A DNA stretch of 64,000 nucleotides from a virus: positions 11,161 through 75,160 of the IMG/VR virus record IMGVR_UViG_3300046337_000201; one strand, 5' to 3'. The notes below the pieces were generated by a model, which did not search any database, had not been told where the DNA came from, and worked only from the letters and a program-made list of their open reading frames with translations. The translations under genes were made by a program, and so were the position numbers. Shown piece by piece: positions 54,950 to 64,000 of the stretch (positions are counted from its first letter, which is position 1; each line of letters opens with the position of its first letter).

Positions 54950-56152
54950 TTATTTTTTTGTAATTGTTGAATTTAAGGTTTTAAGAAGGTACTCTTGTAT
55001 GATACCAATAGCATCGTTATACTTTTTGGTTTTAAATATAGGAGGTTCTACCAATGTCAAATTGTTTAGATATTCTTTATACTTATCTAAGTCACTTAAT
55101 CCATCTATTCTAGCTTGTTCTGCAATTTTAGCCTCTTCTTGCTCTTTTTTCAACTTATTAGCTGCATCCTCTTCGGCTTGTTTCTTTAAAGCCTCTAAAC
55201 GATTATACTCCTCTATTTCTCTTTGTTTTTGAATTTCTACATCTATTAATTGTAGTTTCAATATCTCTTTCTTCCAAAATTCAATATTTTCATCCCACTC
55301 AGCTTTTGTAGCATTTTCTATTAGGTCTTTACCAATAATAGGGTTAAATGTATTTTGTTTGTCTTTATAGCAATAGGAATTACCACTAAGTACCAAACCT
55401 AGATTGTTGACTATTTCCATCCTCATATTAGTCCTAGCTTCTTTCATCTCTAGCATTTCCTTAGCCATAGCCTCCTGCTCTAATTTGAGCTTATTTTGCT
55501 CTTCTAATAACTTAGATTGTTGTTTTTGAAATTCGGCTCTTTCTATTGCTTCCTTTTCCTCTTGTTGTTTAAGCTCCAATGCTTCGTTATCAATAATCTT
55601 TTGAAAATCGTTACACCATGTATCAAACTTGTCATCTTCCCAATCTTCTACGTTCAATTGATGTATAGAGTGCTTTAATCTATCCCCTACTTTGGAATAC
55701 CAAGCGTACTCACTTGAGAATAGGACAAACCCCATTTCAAACAATCTATTGTGTCTTTTTAACTTTTTTTCTTGAATTGCCTTTTCTTCTGCTTCTTTAA
55801 GTTCCCTAATTTCATCGTCTATTCTATCCTTTTGAGATTTAAGGTGTTCTTCAATAGGGGCAATCATTGCTTGTATTTCTTTGGCTTTCTCATCCACTGC
55901 TCTACCAAATTTCAGACTATCGGCTTTTAATTCCTTACGTTTATCCTCTATGTCATGTCTTTTGCCAATCATAAACTTCAAGGCATTCTTAACTAGTTCA
56001 TAACCTTCTTTGTCATCAATGGAGGTAATTTTAAGTGGGAGGTATTCTTTTTTAAGTTCTTCTACTTTAGGAATGATGTCATTGTACTTTTGTAATTCGG
56101 TACTAATAAGTTCGTCAAAAGTTGGGATTGCTAGTTCTTTAGTGTCTTTCAT
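54950..56152 (-). CDS. Long coiled-coil protein, DUF1351-like
   Basis: LKITSIDDKEGY...IEDKRKELK...VDEKAKEI...PIEEHL. Confidence 0.65.
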   Translation of the reverse strand: MKDTKELAIPTFDELISTELQKYNDIIPKVEELKKEYLPLKITSIDDKEGYELVKNALKFMIGKRHDIEDKRKELKADSLKFGRAVDEKAKEIQAMIAPIEEHLKSQKDRIDDEIRELKEAEEKAIQEKKLKRHNRLFEMGFVLFSSEYAWYSKVGDRLKHSIHQLNVEDWEDDKFDTWCNDFQKIIDNEALELKQQEEKEAIERAEFQKQQSKLLEEQNKLKLEQEAMAKEMLEMKEARTNMRMEIVNNLGLVLSGNSYCYKDKQNTFNPIIGKDLIENATKAEWDENIEFWKKEILKLQLIDVEIQKQREIEEYNRLEALKKQAEEDAANKLKKEQEEAKIAEQARIDGLSDLDKYKEYLNNLTLVEPPIFKTKKYNDAIGIIQEYLLKTLNSTITKK

Positions 56153-56213
56153 GGTTATTTTTTAGGTTATAAAATTACTATATATTATTGATATTGATAG
56201 TAATTAATTTTAA

Positions 56214-56435
56214 TTACTTTTTCCAATTATCGGGTATTTTAATATCTTGATGCTTTAGCTTCATTAGATTACCATATATAAGAATGTCATTTGAATCGTA
56301 GTGTTTTACTATACCCCCTGATAAACGAACTACCCAAATTGAGTTTGTATTGATATTATAGTCTATTAATAATATAGCTTCTCCCTTTCCATGTGGGGTA
56401 TGTACTTCTATTGGAGTATTAAATTCGTGAATCAT
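56214..56435 (-). CDS. Hypothetical phage protein
   Basis: TPHGKGEAILLIDY, SH3-like pattern. Confidence 0.55.
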   Translation of the reverse strand: MIHEFNTPIEVHTPHGKGEAILLIDYNINTNSIWVVRLSGGIVKHYDSNDILIYGNLMKLKHQDIKIPDNWKK

Positions 56436-56451
56436 TGTTAATTAATTTTAA

Positions 56452-56694
56452 TTAATGGTATTTTTTATTTCTACCCCACCATAATCTTTTGTTGGTAAGT
56501 CTTTGTTGTTTGTTTTCATCAGTTCTTATGTATTTTGCAATCCTACCATACATCCCCCTGCCAATTGAACCACCAACAACATGATACTTTTTTAATCTAT
56601 TTATGATATAATAGCATTTACCTACGCAATAGTGAATATAACTAGGTTGACCAAAGACACCCCTTTTACCAGTATAATTATGTTTTAGATTCAT
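56452..56694 (-). CDS. Hypothetical basic protein
   Basis: Packed ORF. Confidence 0.45.
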   Translation of the reverse strand: MNLKHNYTGKRGVFGQPSYIHYCVGKCYYIINRLKKYHVVGGSIGRGMYGRIAKYIRTDENKQQRLTNKRLWWGRNKKYH

Positions 56695-56710
56695 TGTTAA
56701 TTATTTTTAA

Positions 56711-56986
56711 TTACTTCCAAAATTGATACCATTTTTTAGGTGGCATATGACATTGACTAAATGGATTATCAGAATAAGATACTCTCCCCAAATACCTTGA
56801 GGTTATCATATTTGAAAATACTTCATGGTATTTCTCAGGTATGGTACTTAAGTCAGCACTTATGTTTACATCTAATTCTACCCAAACATCTGCATCTTTA
56901 AGTGTCAATGTATTGCTTACTTGCACCATCTTAGTTGTATGTAGTGTGATATTATTACCATTACCTATGTAGTGATTATGACTCAT
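56711..56986 (-). CDS. Hypothetical protein
   Basis: Ends KKWYQFWK (amphipathic tail). Confidence 0.5.
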   Translation of the reverse strand: MSHNHYIGNGNNITLHTTKMVQVSNTLTLKDADVWVELDVNISADLSTIPEKYHEVFSNMITSRYLGRVSYSDNPFSQCHMPPKKWYQFWK

Positions 56987-56992
56987 GTGTAA

Positions 56993-57226
56993 TTATTTAA
57001 TAATTGAGTTATGCATAAATTCTAGGAAATTAGTAGCTTTCTCTTCATCGTATGTATCAAAAGCACTATCCCTAACTTCCTCTTTGTCAAAAGATACTTT
57101 AGCCTGATGTGTTTGATTTTTTACGTTAATAAACATAAGAAGGTCGAATTTCTCTTCTTCTTGAGATTTAACTAATAATACTTGTTCTTCGCTTTGCTCT
57201 AGGTTGATTACTTTAAAAAATTCCAT
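56993..57226 (-). CDS. Hypothetical protein
   Basis: Packed ORF. Confidence 0.5.
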   Translation of the reverse strand: MEFFKVINLEQSEEQVLLVKSQEEEKFDLLMFINVKNQTHQAKVSFDKEEVRDSAFDTYDEEKATNFLEFMHNSIIK

Positions 57227-57265
57227 TTGTTTTGTTTTTATCTGTTAATTAAAATTAATTACTTT

Positions 57266-58576
57266 TTACAATTGACTAAATAAGTCTCTTTTTATTATTT
57301 TCTCTTCTCCTTCTATTGAATAATCTGAATAAGGTTTATTTGTATCGTCTAAGATACCATTATTTAGTAAATGTCTCCTAATAAAATGAGCACTACTAGT
57401 ACCCCAATCATTCCCATACACTTTACGAACTATGCTTTGCTTATCGGTTATATTGTTCTTTATACAATCAATCCACTTGTCGGTATTACTAGGCACGTTC
57501 TTCGTATCGTACCAATACTTATTCATAGCACTCTTTAATTGAAGCTCAAATAAGAAGTCATGTTCATATAATATATCCTTATCTACTTTAGGTAGGTTTT
57601 CTAATAAATGGTAAAACTCATCCTTAGTCTTAAAGGAACCTAAGTTCTTATTACCTACAACCAATTCTATGGTTTTATGCTTAAAGTATAATAAGGGTAT
57701 TCCTGCAAGTAAAGAATCCTGAGCACTTAGATTCCATGTTGAATATCCTGATATAAAACATAATGAAGCGTAACAATTGTTTACAAGATGAACATAATCA
57801 CTATACTTTAAATGCTTAACCATGAATCTAGGGTCTTTTACATCGCAACTTTCATCAGTAACCCATATTAGGTATTCATCTGATATATCCTTAGTAAATT
57901 CAATAAGCTTTTCTATACCGCTGCTTTTATTCCATCTATGATTAAATAGCAGTATCTTCTTATTAGGAAGGTCAAAAGGAGTAGGTTCAACTTCTAGCTT
58001 TGAGCTTAAAGGCATATGGTATACATCTTTTAATAAGCTAGTACAATCTATATTCTTAAAATTAGACTTAAAATACTCTAAGCTTACATCGGAGTGTACA
58101 AAGTTAGCATCTAATATATGCATTGACTCAAGTTGTCTCATATAGAAAGAAGGACATCCACTTGTGCTACCTCTACTTGCGTTGCAGTCAATCCAATGGT
58201 AAAATCCAAAATAAGCTACATCCTCGTAATACCTATTCGTATGAAACCATTGTTGTATGTTGAACGTCAATTCAGGTTGATGAGTAAACACGAAGTCAAC
58301 GTCTATTTTCTTGAAATCAAACTTAACTTGTCTATAATCAAATATTCCCCTATTAATCTGAACGCTTTTAGGATAGTTGTATCTAATGAATGAAACATTA
58401 TCTCTATCATTAAGCTTTATATCATGGCTCAATGGAACTAGTACATAATGATGGCAGTTAGGTAGAAAGTTGATTGTCTTTTCGCAAACCTTCCAATTGG
58501 AATCTGCTGAAGAGTTAAAAGTATCGTTATTCCACTTCACTGGGCTCAAAACATGTAATATCCTAAGATTCTTCAT
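57266..58576 (-). CDS. GT-B fold glycosyltransferase-like protein (possibly DNA-modifying)
   Basis: RILHV, DFVFTHQPE, LFNHRW...G, WNLSAQDSLLAGIP. Confidence 0.6.
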   Translation of the reverse strand: MKNLRILHVLSPVKWNNDTFNSSADSNWKVCEKTINFLPNCHHYVLVPLSHDIKLNDRDNVSFIRYNYPKSVQINRGIFDYRQVKFDFKKIDVDFVFTHQPELTFNIQQWFHTNRYYEDVAYFGFYHWIDCNASRGSTSGCPSFYMRQLESMHILDANFVHSDVSLEYFKSNFKNIDCTSLLKDVYHMPLSSKLEVEPTPFDLPNKKILLFNHRWNKSSGIEKLIEFTKDISDEYLIWVTDESCDVKDPRFMVKHLKYSDYVHLVNNCYASLCFISGYSTWNLSAQDSLLAGIPLLYFKHKTIELVVGNKNLGSFKTKDEFYHLLENLPKVDKDILYEHDFLFELQLKSAMNKYWYDTKNVPSNTDKWIDCIKNNITDKQSIVRKVYGNDWGTSSAHFIRRHLLNNGILDDTNKPYSDYSIEGEEKIIKRDLFSQL

Positions 58577-58577
58577 A

Positions 58578-58874
58578 TTAATTAATTTTAATTAACTTTC
58601 TTAATTTAATTACATCGTTTCTCATTCTATTATCATATTTACTATCCATCTGAACTTGTACCTTTTGTATAGAATGTATAATCGTTGGATATTTCCTATC
58701 ATAGATAAGTCCTATATCTTTTAAGCTTAATTCAGTCATCTCTCTTATAAGATATTGTGAAACGTGTCTAGGTATGACTATCTTATCTTCTCTATTCCTA
58801 GAGTTAACTATATCGTTTTTATCTACATTATAGTAATTAGCTACTATATCAATAATATGATTTGCTTCTTTCAT
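58578..58874 (-). CDS. DnaA C-terminal DNA-binding domain protein
   Basis: IIDIVANYY...IVIPRHVSQYLIREMTELSLKDIG...TIIHSIQKV. Confidence 0.85.
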   Translation of the reverse strand: MKEANHIIDIVANYYNVDKNDIVNSRNREDKIVIPRHVSQYLIREMTELSLKDIGLIYDRKYPTIIHSIQKVQVQMDSKYDNRMRNDVIKLRKLIKIN

Positions 58875-58876
58875 GG

Positions 58877-59170
58877 TTATTTTAATAATTGGTCTACAAA
58901 TGTTTCAATCTCTTTGATTCTTTCTTTGTTAATAGAATAGTATATGAATTTACCTTCTCTATTAGCTATAACAATATTTGCCATTCTTAATACATGAAGA
59001 TGCTGAGAAGCTATGGATTGCTCTATTCCAAGTTTTGTATAAATGTTAGTTACAATAGAAGAACCTTCTTCGTCAATAACCTTCATAATATCTTGTCTAA
59101 GCTTATGGTTTATTGCTCTTAATACTAAGGAAGCTTTCTTTACCTTTTTCAAGTCTAATTGATTTTTCAT
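58877..59170 (-). CDS. ArsR/SmtB-family transcriptional regulator
   Basis: LRAINHKLRQDI...EQSIASQHL..LR...REGKFIYYS. Confidence 0.9.
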   Translation of the reverse strand: MKNQLDLKKVKKASLVLRAINHKLRQDIMKVIDEEGSSIVTNIYTKLGIEQSIASQHLHVLRMANIVIANREGKFIYYSINKERIKEIETFVDQLLK

Positions 59171-59182
59171 GATTGTTTTGTT

Positions 59183-60043
59183 TTATTTGTTTTGAAATTG
59201 TTCTAATTTGATATAAGATACTAATTGTCCTAATCCTACCTTGTCAAAGAATTTGCTTATAACATATTCCCTAGCAAACTTCTTCTTACGAGTTTCATCG
59301 TCTTGGGATTGTAAGTACTTAGTAAGTTGCTTAAATTTATCCCTATCTTCTATTTCTAGCTTTCTAAGTTCTCTTAATTTGGTTTCACCATAAATCATGG
59401 CATCATTAATATCCTGCTTTGAAGGATTGAAGATTTTATTGTTCTTCATCCAATTGTATACAAAATCCCCTAAGTCATTAAAGGAACCTTTGTTTTTATA
59501 GTCATCATAAGCATCAATAAGAATGGTCTTGAAAGTATCAGCTTTCTCTTGTGGGGTTACTTGTATAATTTCATCCCTGCTTTTCTTTCTCTCATATGCT
59601 GCTTTTGACTCGGCAATCCTATTGACTATGTTTCTCTTTTCCTCTTCATATAGGTTGATAGCTTTGGAAACGTACATAGCTGACATTGACTTAACGCTAA
59701 CGTATGACATATCGGTTTTACCACTAATAGCCCAATTCATGGCTAGGGTGACATCAGATAGTGTAAATCGTTTAAAGTTACCATACACGAACTTGCATAT
59801 CTCAATAAGCTCCTGACTAGTTGTTTCAGTGGTGACTCCTAGCAATAGTTTCCATTTAGCCATTAGTTCGACTAGCTTGGTCATATCTTGTTTGTCAAAA
59901 TCCCCAATACGCTTTTCTTCAAATGTTTTAGCAATAGCTAATTCAGTGTCATTCCTTATCCAATCCCCAATCAATGTCCCTCGTCCCTTCGACTGCGTTA
60001 ATGATTTGTTCAATTTTGTTTGTTGTAGTTCGTTGTTTTTCAT
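59183..60043 (-). CDS. Helical protein coupled to the replication initiator-like gene (possible helicase loader)
   Basis: Overlaps 59949..60284; FTLSDVTLAM pattern; role inferred from position. Confidence 0.45.
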   Translation of the reverse strand: MKNNELQQTKLNKSLTQSKGRGTLIGDWIRNDTELAIAKTFEEKRIGDFDKQDMTKLVELMAKWKLLLGVTTETTSQELIEICKFVYGNFKRFTLSDVTLAMNWAISGKTDMSYVSVKSMSAMYVSKAINLYEEEKRNIVNRIAESKAAYERKKSRDEIIQVTPQEKADTFKTILIDAYDDYKNKGSFNDLGDFVYNWMKNNKIFNPSKQDINDAMIYGETKLRELRKLEIEDRDKFKQLTKYLQSQDDETRKKKFAREYVISKFFDKVGLGQLVSYIKLEQFQNK

Positions 60044-60284
60044 TTAAGTAATTTTCGAATTTTGCACCAAATAAAGTGTATGGTCTTAAATACTGCTCAA
60101 AATTAGTTCCTTTCCAATCTTGCACCTTTTTGTCAATGACTAGTTTGAAATGGTCGTAGTTGTAACCTACCTCAATAAGTTTTAGCATTTGTGGGTCATT
60201 TGCATAAAGTTCTTTTTTGAAATCGGTGTTCGCTTTCGAGTTCAAGTATTGAATGGCTTTGTATATGATTAGGTTCTTGCTCAT
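59949..60284 (-). CDS. Phage replication protein C-terminal domain (Phg_2220_C-like)
   Basis: YLNSKA...FKLVIDKK..DW...QYLRPYTLFGAKFENYLN. Confidence 0.8.
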   Translation of the reverse strand: MSKNLIIYKAIQYLNSKANTDFKKELYANDPQMLKLIEVGYNYDHFKLVIDKKVQDWKGTNFEQYLRPYTLFGAKFENYLNEKQRTTTNKIEQIINAVEGTRDIDWGLDKE

Positions 60285-60508
60285 AGTATATCAGTTATAG
60301 GCACCTCTAATGTATCGGCAAACATTTTAGCTATATCAATCTTTTTAATAGGTCTAAACCCTGTGCAATAATTCGATAAGTTGGTTACTGCGATGAAGTA
60401 CCCAGTCTTTTCGTAAACCATAGCAGCAAAGTCTCGTAAGGTTAATTCTCTCTCAATAAGTAAATTACCTAGCTTACTCCTTTGGTATTCTTTTTCTTTT
60501 TGTGACAT
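60281..60508 (-). CDS. XRE-family HTH protein
   Basis: LTLRDFA...NLSNYCTG...FADTLEV. Confidence 0.7.
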   Translation of the reverse strand: MSQKEKEYQRSKLGNLLIERELTLRDFAAMVYEKTGYFIAVTNLSNYCTGFRPIKKIDIAKMFADTLEVPITDIL

Positions 60509-60574
60509 TGTGTTAATTTATTTTAATTATACTTTATTTTAATTATAATTTATATTTATTATAATTTGTTTTAA

Positions 60575-60724
60575 TTACTTCTTTACTAGAAAGTAAATTA
60601 ATATGATAGTAGTTAAAAACCATAATATATATGGTAAGCATCCCATTAATTCCCTTTCGTTATCAGTTGCGTATTCATTGTATTTGATTTGATTTCTCAA
60701 TCTTTCTAAATCTTGCTCATCCAT
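60575..60724 (-). CDS. 49-aa membrane protein (not in ORF track)
   Basis: MDEQDLERL...GCLPYILWFLTTIILIYFLVKK. Confidence 0.5.
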   Translation of the reverse strand: MDEQDLERLRNQIKYNEYATDNERELMGCLPYILWFLTTIILIYFLVKK

Positions 60725-60730
60725 AACTTA

Positions 60731-60937
60731 TCATTTATTAAGTGATTGAATATATTCTAAATAGAATGGGTGGAATGGGTGTTGAGTATTTAATTCCTTA
60801 CCTACTACTTCACCTTGTAAGAAGATGAAAGCTTTTGATAAAATCTTATTTTTATCTCTTTCTTTCTTTATTTGTTCCCTTAATGTTTCTATTTCAATTT
60901 CCTGCATTTGAAATGAATTTGATTCGGTTCTATTCAT
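60731..60937 (-). CDS. Hypothetical coiled-coil protein
   Basis: Packed ORF. Confidence 0.5.
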   Translation of the reverse strand: MNRTESNSFQMQEIEIETLREQIKKERDKNKILSKAFIFLQGEVVGKELNTQHPFHPFYLEYIQSLNK

Positions 60938-60952
60938 GGTAATTAATTTTAA

Positions 60953-61234
60953 TTATATACTTGAGCAATTAAATTGAAACAAAATTTTTCTTTTGCCATT
61001 TTGCTCAGAATCTAGCATTTGTATTGTATAATTACTTTGAAAAGCAAATGGCATACTAATATTTTTTGCTGAGTTTACACAATATTCAGTATAAACCTTT
61101 GTTGCAGCGTCATATTGATTATAGGTATATGTATACTCTTGTTCTTGTATTTCATTGTATGGATAATTTGCATCAGGTCTTGTACCTATGTACTTATTTA
61201 ATTTGTGTATTCTAACTTGGTAATCGATTTTCAT
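60953..61234 (-). CDS. Hypothetical protein
   Basis: Packed ORF. Confidence 0.5.
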   Translation of the reverse strand: MKIDYQVRIHKLNKYIGTRPDANYPYNEIQEQEYTYTYNQYDAATKVYTEYCVNSAKNISMPFAFQSNYTIQMLDSEQNGKRKILFQFNCSSI

Positions 61235-61257
61235 GTTTGATGGTTTTTTTGTGTTTA

Positions 61258-61662
61258 TTAAAAAGATGTAAATTCAAATGATGGACTAGGAAGATTTTCG
61301 ATGGGTTCCCAAATAATTATATCTCTAATTGCTTGTACATTCAATGTATGGCTAATTGATTCCCCTTCCTCATCAATACCTACTATAATACCATTACCAC
61401 TTAATGTTTGACTAACATATGAAAGTGGGTGCATAGATATTGAGAAAGCTCCAATTGGGATTGTTTTTAAAAGACCTTCATCGTCTACAAATAAAGCATG
61501 ATTGACTTGGCTAAATATTTCCCCACAAGCTGAGGTAATGTATTCGCACTTAATTTCATTGTACATGTTACGATTGTAGCTACCATTTTCATTGATAAGC
61601 TCAACCTCTCGTACTTCTTTTTTTTCGCTATCTATTAATATAGCTTTGATAGTTTTTTTCAT
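61258..61662 (-). CDS. DUF3846-like protein
   Basis: KAILID...LFVDDEGLL...LSGNGIIVG.DEEGE. Confidence 0.6.
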   Translation of the reverse strand: MKKTIKAILIDSEKKEVREVELINENGSYNRNMYNEIKCEYITSACGEIFSQVNHALFVDDEGLLKTIPIGAFSISMHPLSYVSQTLSGNGIIVGIDEEGESISHTLNVQAIRDIIIWEPIENLPSPSFEFTSF

Positions 61663-61685
61663 TTTGATGGTTATTTTGTGTTATG

Positions 61686-61693
61686 CAAATATA
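61686..61693 (-). promoter_or_regulatory. Bacteroidota-type -7 element TATATTTG
   Basis: AGTATATTTGCA upstream of the 61662 start. Confidence 0.65.
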
Positions 61694-61726
61694 CTTAATT
61701 TTAATTATAATGCAATTTAATTATAA

Positions 61727-61960
61727 TTATTTCTCTATTTGAAAAAAGTCCAATAATTCATTTAGGAACTTCATCTGACCTTCTATTGAACCATGACTCT
61801 TACCTACATTATACATAGAGTTTAGTGCCTCACTAACACTAACTACTTTTTGAGGTTCTTCAGGTTTTTGTAATTGTAATAAAATATTTTCTCCTTGAAG
61901 CTCATCAAACTTCTTTAAAAGAAACTTTCTAATATCTTCGTGTTGGAATTGTACTTTCAT
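61727..61960 (-). CDS. Hypothetical protein
   Basis: Packed ORF. Confidence 0.5.
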   Translation of the reverse strand: MKVQFQHEDIRKFLLKKFDELQGENILLQLQKPEEPQKVVSVSEALNSMYNVGKSHGSIEGQMKFLNELLDFFQIEK

Positions 61961-61963
61961 AGG

Positions 61964-62323
61964 TTATTTGTTTTGGTATGTTTTACAATTATTAAAATGC
62001 CATCTTTTCATAATATATTTTCCACCTATTTTTTTACAATAAGGACAACATACTTTTACATTAAATCCTTTTTTAAATGAAGTATTATTTAACATCTTAT
62101 TATATTCAGTAGGTTCTAAGTGGTATTTTATTTTTAATCTAGTTAAATACCTAAAACATTTAACTGAATTATTATTTTCATATACTACTTTAATATTTAA
62201 TTTTTTATTAAACTTATTTTTTAATTCACGATGTCTTTTTTCAATATCAAATGTCATACCTACATATTCTACATTGTTGTCATTTAATAAAAGAAAAACA
62301 TATTTTAAATTGTCATATATCAT
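61964..62323 (-). CDS. Degenerate GIY-YIG-like endonuclease with zinc ribbon
   Basis: YVF...YVGMT...R; CPYC...WHFNNC. Confidence 0.55.
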   Translation of the reverse strand: MIYDNLKYVFLLLNDNNVEYVGMTFDIEKRHRELKNKFNKKLNIKVVYENNNSVKCFRYLTRLKIKYHLEPTEYNKMLNNTSFKKGFNVKVCCPYCKKIGGKYIMKRWHFNNCKTYQNK

Positions 62324-62422
62324 ATAATTATAAAATAGGGTGTTGCATTGTGTATAGGCTTAGCCAACTCTGCCTTCCTCGGTTACATTGCTGTATCATA
62401 CACTTTTATCTCCCTTCATAGG

Positions 62423-62758
62423 TTATTTGTTTTTAGCTATTTCAATTAATTTTTTAAGACAAGCAAGTTCTGCTTCTTCGTAGGTATCATATCCTACTAC
62501 ATTTAATAATATCCACCATTCGTAAAAACCTTTATTATATTCTATATGAGATTGTAAATTATGCTTCTCTCTAAACCATCTAAATGCTTGTTGGTATAGT
62601 GGTGCAGGTAAACACCATTCGTGGTCAAATGGTTTAACTAAGTTAAATGTAGGATTAGGAAGGTATGGGTCTAAATTATGATAACCTAAACATTCATAAT
62701 CAAAACCTAATTCTTTCATATATAATGCTTGTTCGGATGGCACAAATTCTTTATTCAT
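62423..62758 (-). CDS. Hypothetical phage protein
   Basis: KELGFD...APLYQQAFRWFREKH...TYEEAE, a pattern I recall from Bacteroidota phages. Confidence 0.6.
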   Translation of the reverse strand: MNKEFVPSEQALYMKELGFDYECLGYHNLDPYLPNPTFNLVKPFDHEWCLPAPLYQQAFRWFREKHNLQSHIEYNKGFYEWWILLNVVGYDTYEEAELACLKKLIEIAKNK

Positions 62759-62773
62759 GGTAATTAAAATTAA

Positions 62774-62860
62774 TTAAAGGTTTTGAATATACGCAGTTAA
62801 TAAAAAAGCGACAATAACGATAATAACTGCTTGTTGATTTACATTTAGTTTCTGATTCAT
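62774..62860 (-). CDS. 28-aa hydrophobic peptide (not in ORF track)
   Basis: MNQKLNVNQQAVIIVIVAFLLTAYIQNL. Confidence 0.4.
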   Translation of the reverse strand: MNQKLNVNQQAVIIVIVAFLLTAYIQNL

Positions 62861-62920
62861 GGTTTATAGTTTTATGGTTTTAAAAAATATGCGTTACAGT
62901 CGCACCCCTGACTTTTTGAA

Positions 62921-63157
62921 TTAGTTATTTAAATATTGAAATGCAATTTTTCCATTTGCATAAGTAGTTGTTGAAACTAAACCTTTTTTAATTAAAGAAC
63001 TTAAAACACCTCTAATTGATTTAATACAAATTCCTGTAGATTCAGTTAAATTACCTACGCTTGATGTTGGCATTTCATCATACTCATCTTGTTCGCTTAA
63101 AGACTTAAGAACTAAAATTTCTAATTCAGTAAGTTTTAAATCTAATTGAGTTTTCAT
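62921..63157 (-). CDS. Winged-helix protein
   Basis: LTELEILVL...SIRGVLSSLIKKGLV. Confidence 0.6.
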   Translation of the reverse strand: MKTQLDLKLTELEILVLKSLSEQDEYDEMPTSSVGNLTESTGICIKSIRGVLSSLIKKGLVSTTTYANGKIAFQYLNN

Positions 63158-63249
63158 GTGGTTTATGTGTTTTATGGTTATTTGATAGAGCTAAATTACT
63201 ACTTATCTACATACGAACAAAATATATTTGTTAAAAATATCATAATATA

Positions 63250-64000
63250 TCCAACAAAGCACGTTTACATTTACACAAACACCCCCCACTCCTCCAATAC
63301 ATTGAGGTCTCCCACAACACAAACAACCCAAAATAAGCCATTTTAAGCCCTCACACCCCACACACCAACAAAACACCCACAACCAAAAAGAAACAAGAAA
63401 TTCAATACTATAACCTACCCTAAAACCACCATCCTAACACCACAACCACCATACGCTTTTCGCATACTCTCACTCCTCAACCTATTTGAGCTCACCCTCC
63501 CACAACAAAAAAAACCCCTCAACGTAGAAACGTAAGGGGGATTCCTCTATTACATATAAATTTAAACTAACTCAAAGATAAAAAAAAACCCCAACTAAAT
63601 TAATAGCTAGGGCTTAACACAAATACCAAGAAACCATCCAAACCAAATCCATAAACTATAAAAAAAAAATAAACCACAACACTCATACTTCAATGCCTTA
63701 ACCCTATTCCCTATCTAGGCATTTATCTACATAACCCAACACCCATAGCTATCCGCATACTCTCAGCCTTTCTCCTATTTCTTATTTTAAAGCTTATTAA
63801 GGCATTATCTTTTTTAAAATGATAAAATACCTTACTCGTTATTTATCTTTAAAATTTGATACTTAAAACTAGGCAGCAATCAACATTATCTAAATATCAT
63901 CACATCCATACATTCACATACTCCCCTAATTCCATATCTTATCTTAGCTATCAGTCTTTCCTATATCCATACACCCATAGCCTGATTGACCCTATACATC
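63250..64000. other. Non-coding, C/A-rich and G-poor region with hairpins (candidate origin or genome end)
   Basis: Strong strand skew; CGCATACTCTCA twice; hairpins at about 63510-63540 and 63580-63616. Confidence 0.5.

Noticed and set aside
63146-63346. 66-aa + strand ORF
   Set aside because: Runs through the promoter region into the low-complexity skewed tract; no coding signal
1-64000. Eukaryotic giant virus or bacterial chromosome
   Set aside because: Peptidoglycan hydrolases, holin/spanin-like genes, operon packing and Bacteroidota promoters indicate a bacterial virus; no housekeeping genes or NCLDV core replication genes seen

Overview
AT-rich, gene-dense viral DNA with nearly all genes on the minus strand. 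TAnnTTTG promoter elements, A/T-rich leaders without Shine-Dalgarno motifs and a host-type ArsR regulator point to a Bacteroidota host. I find no terminase, portal, HK97 capsid or tail genes in these 64 kb. Instead there is an FtsK/HerA-superfamily (A32/P9-like) packaging ATPase next to a beta-rich 231-aa candidate single-jelly-roll capsid protein and about 27 small membrane proteins. Also present: a LEA_2 protein, an annexin-like protein, a Tlr6F/DUF5754-like protein, a zincin protease and membrane-anchored muralytic enzymes. My inference is an unusually large tailless, internal-membrane (Varidnaviria-like) bacteriophage. Modules by coordinate: (0-12 kb) mucin-like Thr/Cys-rich spike, a capsid paralog and a glycosylation/sulfation cassette; (13-19 kb) four Cys/Gly-rich beta-helix fibres; (19-38 kb) membrane, capsid, packaging and lysis genes; (38-50 kb) modular polyvalent-type proteins punctuated by a recurring [MFYL][AE]xGG motif, with an ADP-ribosyltransferase and a MoxR ATPase system; (50-63 kb) glycosyltransferases, a tRNA-like element, spanin-like pair, regulators and early genes; (63-64 kb) a strand-skewed non-coding region. 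All family assignments come from motif recognition by eye; no searches were run.
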